From contig CACCFV010000002.1 in NCBI GenBank assembly GCA_902544985.1, positions 17,177-81,176 of the forward strand: 64,000 bases of DNA, given 5' to 3'. This document shows positions 59,343-64,000 of the stretch, piece after piece. The notes under the pieces were generated by a model. It was not told where the DNA came from. It ran no database searches and saw nothing but the letters and a program-made list of their open reading frames with translations. Source of the stretch: an uncultured Pelagibacteraceae bacterium (GTDB taxonomy: Bacteria; Pseudomonadota; Alphaproteobacteria; Pelagibacterales; Pelagibacteraceae). Within the stretch, counting starts at the first letter, position 1. Every line of letters starts with the position of its first letter. Position numbers and translations under genes: made by a program.

Positions 59343-60248
59343 TTGAATAATTCGAAAAAAAATTTTTTTTCATTTTCTTTATTATTTATTCAACCAATTT
59401 TTATGGCTAGTAATCTTGTTGTAGCTAGAGGTGGTGTCGAGTTTGTACCGCCAATATCATTAGCTTTTTGGAGATGGACACTAGTTTTTTTGATATTATT
59501 ACCTTTCACATACATAACATTAAAAAAAAATTATAAGATTATTAAAAAAGAATATAAAAAATTATTTTTTTTAGGCTCAATGGGATGTGGAGTATGTGGA
59601 GCCTTTCCATTTTTAGCAGGTGAGACTACAACTGTGACCAATATGGGAATTATTTACACATCTTCGCCTGTGTTCATAATTTTGATTTCATACTTTTTTT
59701 TTCATGAAAAAATAAATTTTACAAAAATAATTGGATTAATCGCATGTTTAATAGGAGTCTTTACAATCATTATAAAAGGAGATTTAAATTTATTAATAAA
59801 TTTAAAATTCACAATTGGTGACTTATGGATGTTAGCTGCCGCTATTGGATGGGCATTATATTCAATTTATTTGTTTTACTGGAATTCAGAACTAAAAATT
59901 TTTGAAAGATTTACCTTAATATCATTTTTTGGAGCTTTAAGTTTATTACCATTTTATATAGGTGAGGAAATATTTTATAAACAGACAGTTTTTATGCCTG
60001 AATTTTATTTTTGGGTAATCTTTGCTGCTATTTCGCCAGGAATAATTGCTTTTACACTTTACACTGTTGCTCAAAAAAAATTGGGTGCGTCTTTAACAGG
60101 CTTCACTCTTTACGTTTTTACAGTCTATGGAGCAATTTATGGTTATTTTTTATTTGATGAAAAATTTGAAAATTATCATTTCATCGGAACAATCCTGGTG
60201 TTTTTTGGCATATACTTAGCAAAGAAAAAAAATGTTAAAAAAGTCTAG
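59343..60248 (+). CDS. DMT/EamA family transporter
   Basis: PPISLAFWRW, GDLWML, WALYS; about 10 TMs. Confidence 0.9.
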   Translation: MNNSKKNFFSFSLLFIQPIFMASNLVVARGGVEFVPPISLAFWRWTLVFLILLPFTYITLKKNYKIIKKEYKKLFFLGSMGCGVCGAFPFLAGETTTVTNMGIIYTSSPVFIILISYFFFHEKINFTKIIGLIACLIGVFTIIIKGDLNLLINLKFTIGDLWMLAAAIGWALYSIYLFYWNSELKIFERFTLISFFGALSLLPFYIGEEIFYKQTVFMPEFYFWVIFAAISPGIIAFTLYTVAQKKLGASLTGFTLYVFTVYGAIYGYFLFDEKFENYHFIGTILVFFGIYLAKKKNVKKV

Positions 60249-61050
60249 GAATATTTTGTTGTTATTTTTTCAAATAGTTATTTTTGTTTATTTTTTAATC
60301 TTAGTTTTTTTATATTTTTATCAGAGAAATTTATTATATCATCCAAATGAAAATAATTATTCTGGTGATCAAATATCAGTCCCTATTGAAAAAGTAAAAA
60401 TTAAGACGGAGGATAAAATTGATTTATTGGGCTGGTTTCATGAAAAAGACTTAGAAAAATATAAAACAGTTTTATTTTTTCATGGAAATGCTGGTTCCCT
60501 TGAAAATAGAATTCATAAATTAAACCATTTTCATAAAATGGATGTTAATTTTTTAATAATTGCCTGGAGAGGCTTTAGTGGCAATAAAGGTAAACCATCT
60601 GAGGAAGGCCTTTATAAAGATGGAAGAAGTGGAATAAACTGGCTAGTTAAAAAAGGTGTAAAGGAAGAAAATATTGTTATTCATGGCGAGTCATTAGGAA
60701 CTGGTGTTGCAACTCATTTGTCACAAAATAAAAATTTTGCTGGCGTTGTATTGGAAACTCCTTTTACTTCTATGATTGATGCAGCCAAAACATTTTATCC
60801 GTATGTACCTGTAAGTTTATTATTGAAAGATAAATTTGATAATAAAAGCAAAATTAAGAATATAAATGTTCCAATTTTAATAATGCATGGTGAGGCTGAT
60901 CAAATTGTTCCATTTTTTATGGGAAAAAAAATGTATGAAAAAGCTAATGAACCGAAATATTCTTATTTTACAAAACATGACAATCATATGATGGAGTATG
61001 ATGAAGACCTTGTTAAAGCCCTTAACTCATTTTTAAAAAGTTTAAATTAA
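60232..61050 (+). CDS. Membrane-anchored alpha/beta hydrolase (ABHD13/Bem46-like)
   Basis: FHGNAG, GESLG nucleophile elbow, HGEAD, H near the C-terminus. Confidence 0.9.
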   Translation: MLKKSRNILLLFFQIVIFVYFLILVFLYFYQRNLLYHPNENNYSGDQISVPIEKVKIKTEDKIDLLGWFHEKDLEKYKTVLFFHGNAGSLENRIHKLNHFHKMDVNFLIIAWRGFSGNKGKPSEEGLYKDGRSGINWLVKKGVKEENIVIHGESLGTGVATHLSQNKNFAGVVLETPFTSMIDAAKTFYPYVPVSLLLKDKFDNKSKIKNINVPILIMHGEADQIVPFFMGKKMYEKANEPKYSYFTKHDNHMMEYDEDLVKALNSFLKSLN

Positions 61051-61099
61051 GCCACAATATCAACAAATATACTTCAGAATTTGATTTTATTAAAAGATA

Positions 61100-61663
61100 A
61101 TGAAAAGATTATCTGTTTTGTTTATTGCGTTTTTTGTTTTTATTACCAACGTTTATTCACAAGATGAATTTTTTCAACCAGACAATTTATTTCACATAGA
61201 TCACATGGATTCACATAACAAAGAATTTAGCTTATATTTTAAAGGTAGAGAAAAATCTATTTTAGCAAGAGGCGAAAATGAAAATTATATAAATGATTAT
61301 CCAAAGGATCTTTATATTTATAATCATTTAACAAAGTCCTCTTCACCTCTAATTTCTTATGAGTGGTTTCCTTCGCAAGCTAAATATCTTTTACAAGAAT
61401 ATGATTTTCCAGTGTTTCCAGATGATTTTGCATATTATTTATTAAAAGACGATAAAACATTAATATTGATTAGCGCCGTGAAAAGTTTAAATGCTAATTT
61501 TAAATATGACATTGCTAGTAAAAAACTAGAGCTTTACCCAACCACCGGTAAATTTGACTTTATAATCTCCTCATTTTCTAAAGATTGTGGTCATTATAAA
61601 TTTGATGATAATTATAAATGTAATATCTACAAACCTTTGATCTCTAGCAATTTAATCAATTAA
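61100..61663 (+). CDS. Hypothetical exported protein
   Basis: 187 aa with signal peptide; no family recognised. Confidence 0.65.
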   Translation: MKRLSVLFIAFFVFITNVYSQDEFFQPDNLFHIDHMDSHNKEFSLYFKGREKSILARGENENYINDYPKDLYIYNHLTKSSSPLISYEWFPSQAKYLLQEYDFPVFPDDFAYYLLKDDKTLILISAVKSLNANFKYDIASKKLELYPTTGKFDFIISSFSKDCGHYKFDDNYKCNIYKPLISSNLIN

Positions 61664-62573
61664 TTTGAGTAAAAGCCTCGGCAAATTTTTCTGCTTCGAA
61701 TAATTGTAAGTCGTCCTCTTTTTCACCCAAACCTAGTGCAATAATTGGAATTTTATATTTATTTGCTAACGCTAATAAAATTCCTCCCTTCGCTGTGCCA
61801 TCTAATTTTGTCATCACGATACCTGTTATAGGGATGATTTTATTAAATTCTTCGACTTGATTTAATACATTTTGTCCTGAGGTTGCATCTAAAACTAAAA
61901 TAACATTATGAGGTGCGTTGGGATCTATTTTTTTGGTGACATTTGCAATCTTTTTATATTCTTCCATTAAATTTTTTTTATTTTGAAGTCTTCCAGCGGT
62001 ATCTATCAAAACTTGATCAAAATTATTTTTAATAGCTTCATCTACAGCCTTAAAAGCAACTGAAGCGGGATCGGCTCCTTGAGATGACTTTATTATTTGA
62101 ACATCTACTTTACTTGCCCAATTTTCTAGTTGTTCAATTGCAGCGGCACGAAAAGTATCTGAAGCTGCAAACATGACTTTACTGCCGTTAGTCTTCAATA
62201 TTTTTCCTATTTTACCTATAGTTGTTGTTTTTCCAACACCATTCACACCAGAAACTAAGGTTGCATTAAGCTTTTCTTTTTTTTCAAAAAAAGATTTATT
62301 TTCCAGAGGTTTCATCAAAGAAACTATATATTCATTTAAAACAGAGTTTATTTCTTTAGTTAAATCTTCATTTGGATCAATTTTTTTTCTAGAAATTATT
62401 TCTTTTATCTCAGATGCAGCCTCAACCCCCACATCTGATCGAATTAAAAATTCCTCAATTTTATTTAAATTTTCATCATTAATTTCCTTTTTAACAATTA
62501 TTTCCTTAAGCCCAGATGTTAAAGCTGATGCGCTTTTCTTAAATCCGTTTTTAAATTTATCAAAGATTCCCAT
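61656..62573 (-). CDS. ftsY: SRP receptor FtsY
   Basis: GVNGVGKTTT, DTFRAAA, DTAGR, TKLDGTAKGG. Confidence 0.97.
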   Translation of the reverse strand: MGIFDKFKNGFKKSASALTSGLKEIIVKKEINDENLNKIEEFLIRSDVGVEAASEIKEIISRKKIDPNEDLTKEINSVLNEYIVSLMKPLENKSFFEKKEKLNATLVSGVNGVGKTTTIGKIGKILKTNGSKVMFAASDTFRAAAIEQLENWASKVDVQIIKSSQGADPASVAFKAVDEAIKNNFDQVLIDTAGRLQNKKNLMEEYKKIANVTKKIDPNAPHNVILVLDATSGQNVLNQVEEFNKIIPITGIVMTKLDGTAKGGILLALANKYKIPIIALGLGEKEDDLQLFEAEKFAEAFTQIN

Positions 62574-63397
62574 TACAATTTTATCTGTATTTCTTTAATA
62601 TCTGAAACAGGTCCTTTCATGTGAATAGAATTATTTTCATCTATTGAAATTGATAATTTTCCAGATGCAAACTCTATATCAGTTTTATTTTCTGTAAGAT
62701 TATTTAATTTACCTGCATATGCTGTAGCACACGCTGCAGTTCCGCAAGCTTTAGTAAGACCAGCTCCTCTTTCCCAAACTTTTACTTTGATCAAATTTTT
62801 ATTAATAATTTGCGCAATTGTTACGTTACATTTTTCTGGGAAGATTTCGTGATTTTCTATCTCAGGGCCAATTTTTTCTATATCGAAATCTTCAATCGTT
62901 TTAACAAAAAAAACAATATGTGGATTACCCACATTAATTGCAGTGCCACCTAAGTACTCATTATTATTTTTATCAATAATTTTGATATTTAAGTTATTTG
63001 TTTCTATTTCTTTTGATAAAGGTATTTCGTCCCATTTTAATTTTGCTTTACCAATTTCTGTTGTAACAATTTTTTTTTCTAAAATTTCAGATTTTAATTT
63101 TCCAGATAGCGTATTTAAAATTATTAATTTGTTATTTTTTTCATTTGAAATTAAATTTGCAACACATCTAGTTCCATTTCCACATGCCCCAGACTCACCC
63201 CCATCTGAATTAAAAAATCTTAAACTTGCATCTGCAGAACTGTCTGGTTCAATAAATATTAGTTGATCACAGCCAATAAAATTTCTGTCACAAATTTTAA
63301 CTATCTGATCTCTCGTCAAATTGATAATTTTTTCTCTATTATCGATTATCACAAAATCATTACCTAATCCGTCCATTTTAAAAGCTTTGATGTCCAT
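62573..63397 (-). CDS. dapF: Diaminopimelate epimerase
   Basis: GLGNDF, IGCDQ, ACGNGTRC, GNPH, WERGAG.T.ACGT. Confidence 0.97.
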   Translation of the reverse strand: MDIKAFKMDGLGNDFVIIDNREKIINLTRDQIVKICDRNFIGCDQLIFIEPDSSADASLRFFNSDGGESGACGNGTRCVANLISNEKNNKLIILNTLSGKLKSEILEKKIVTTEIGKAKLKWDEIPLSKEIETNNLNIKIIDKNNNEYLGGTAINVGNPHIVFFVKTIEDFDIEKIGPEIENHEIFPEKCNVTIAQIINKNLIKVKVWERGAGLTKACGTAACATAYAGKLNNLTENKTDIEFASGKLSISIDENNSIHMKGPVSDIKEIQIKL

Positions 63398-63448
63398 ATA
63401 TAGTTATTTAACTTATTTATTGACTTTTTGAACCTCTATTATAATTTG

Positions 63449-63546
63449 TGGCAGTTTCCGCAAAAACATTAAATTTGCGGTGTCTTTGGAAACAAAGAGA
63501 TCGACACTAGTCAGCGAGGGTTCGCCCACTAGTGCGATTACTGCTG
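63449..63546 (+). ncRNA. Structured 5' leader of ffh (includes an ffh-motif-like hairpin)
   Basis: Outer stem 63449-55/63540-46 enclosing three hairpins: CCGCAAA/TTTGCGG, TCTTTG-GAAA-CAAAGA and CACTAGT..GCGA/TCGC..ACTAGTG; GC-rich relative to flanks. Confidence 0.75.
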
Positions 63547-63558
63547 TGTGTAATAAAT

Positions 63559-64000
63559 ATGTTTGAAAACTTAACAAATAAATTTGAGGAAGTTTTTTCC
63601 TCTCTAAAAAAAGCCCCATCACTTGATGAAAATCAGGTTGATGAAGGATTGAGAGGAATAAGACAAGCTTTATTAGAAGCTGATGTATCTCTTGAAGTTG
63701 CTAAAGATTTTATTGAAAAGGTTAAACCAAAAGCATTAGGTCAAGAAATTATTAGATCAACATCACCTGGTGATATGGTGGTAAAGATTGTTTATGATGA
63801 ATTAATTAATCTTTTAGGTGAAAAAAATAATGATGTAAATTTAAATGCAGTTCCACCAGTGCCAATGATGCTGGTCGGGTTACAAGGTTCTGGTAAAACA
63901 ACAACAACTGCTAAACTTGCAAGATATTTAGAGAATACAAAAAAAAAGAAAGTGATGATGGTCAGTTTAGATATTTACAGACCAGCTGCTCAAGAGCAGT
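63559..64000 (+). CDS. ffh: Signal recognition particle protein Ffh, 5' part (runs off the window; not in ORF track)
   Basis: Hand translation MFENLTNKFEEVF...ALLEADV...VGLQGSGKTTTTAKLA...DIYRPAAQEQ. Confidence 0.97.
   Translation, partial: MFENLTNKFEEVFSSLKKAPSLDENQVDEGLRGIRQALLEADVSLEVAKDFIEKVKPKALGQEIIRSTSPGDMVVKIVYDELINLLGEKNNDVNLNAVPPVPMMLVGLQGSGKTTTTAKLARYLENTKKKKVMMVSLDIYRPAAQEQ

Noticed and set aside
181-63266. Many antisense or alternate-frame ORFs in the track (e.g. 181-480, 4737-5108, 6287-6640, 16561-16977, 23762-24112, 30538-30936, 50616-50927, 62173-62598)
   Set aside because: They lie within well-supported genes, have shadow-ORF composition and show no motifs.
63413-63622. 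69-aa minus-strand ORF upstream of dapF
   Set aside because: Antisense to the ffh leader and ffh start; explained by the GC-richer structured RNA.
1-64000. CRISPR arrays, transposases, prophage, defence systems, phase-variable repeats
   Set aside because: No regularly spaced repeats or mobile-element proteins seen by eye; A/T homopolymers are ubiquitous and do not break reading frames.

Overview
AT-rich, extremely compact alphaproteobacterial chromosome segment. Gene content and order point to a SAR11/Pelagibacter-type genome (inferred, not searched). It starts in the DUF299(ppsR)-maf-aroE-coaE-dnaQ block that flanks oriC in many alphaproteobacteria. Core genes follow: secB, fxsA, hslUV, hisBHAFE, lolA, ftsK, tRNA-Gly(GCC), purH, rpe, an actP-like symporter with acs, tsaD, hemCD, folD, argG, hspQ, ccmCDEFGH, ftsY, dapF and the 5' part of ffh with a structured leader. 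There are two accessory-looking blocks: a light/UV cluster (about 33.5-38.9 kb, with two atypical photolyases and DUF2256) and a 2-hydroxy/2-oxo-acid cluster with a TakP-like TRAP transporter (about 48.6-59.2 kb). No integrase, transposase, prophage or CRISPR array was seen. The two best leads are missing from the ORF track. (1) A promoter-preceded ~70-nt hairpin RNA between hspQ and ccmC, whose 29-nt loop is complementary to the SD+AUG regions of three transporter genes in this window (candidate AbcR/GcvB-like sRNA). (2) A 45-aa ArfA-like ribosome-rescue ORF inside the photolyase operon. All homology calls are by eye from motifs; no database search was run.
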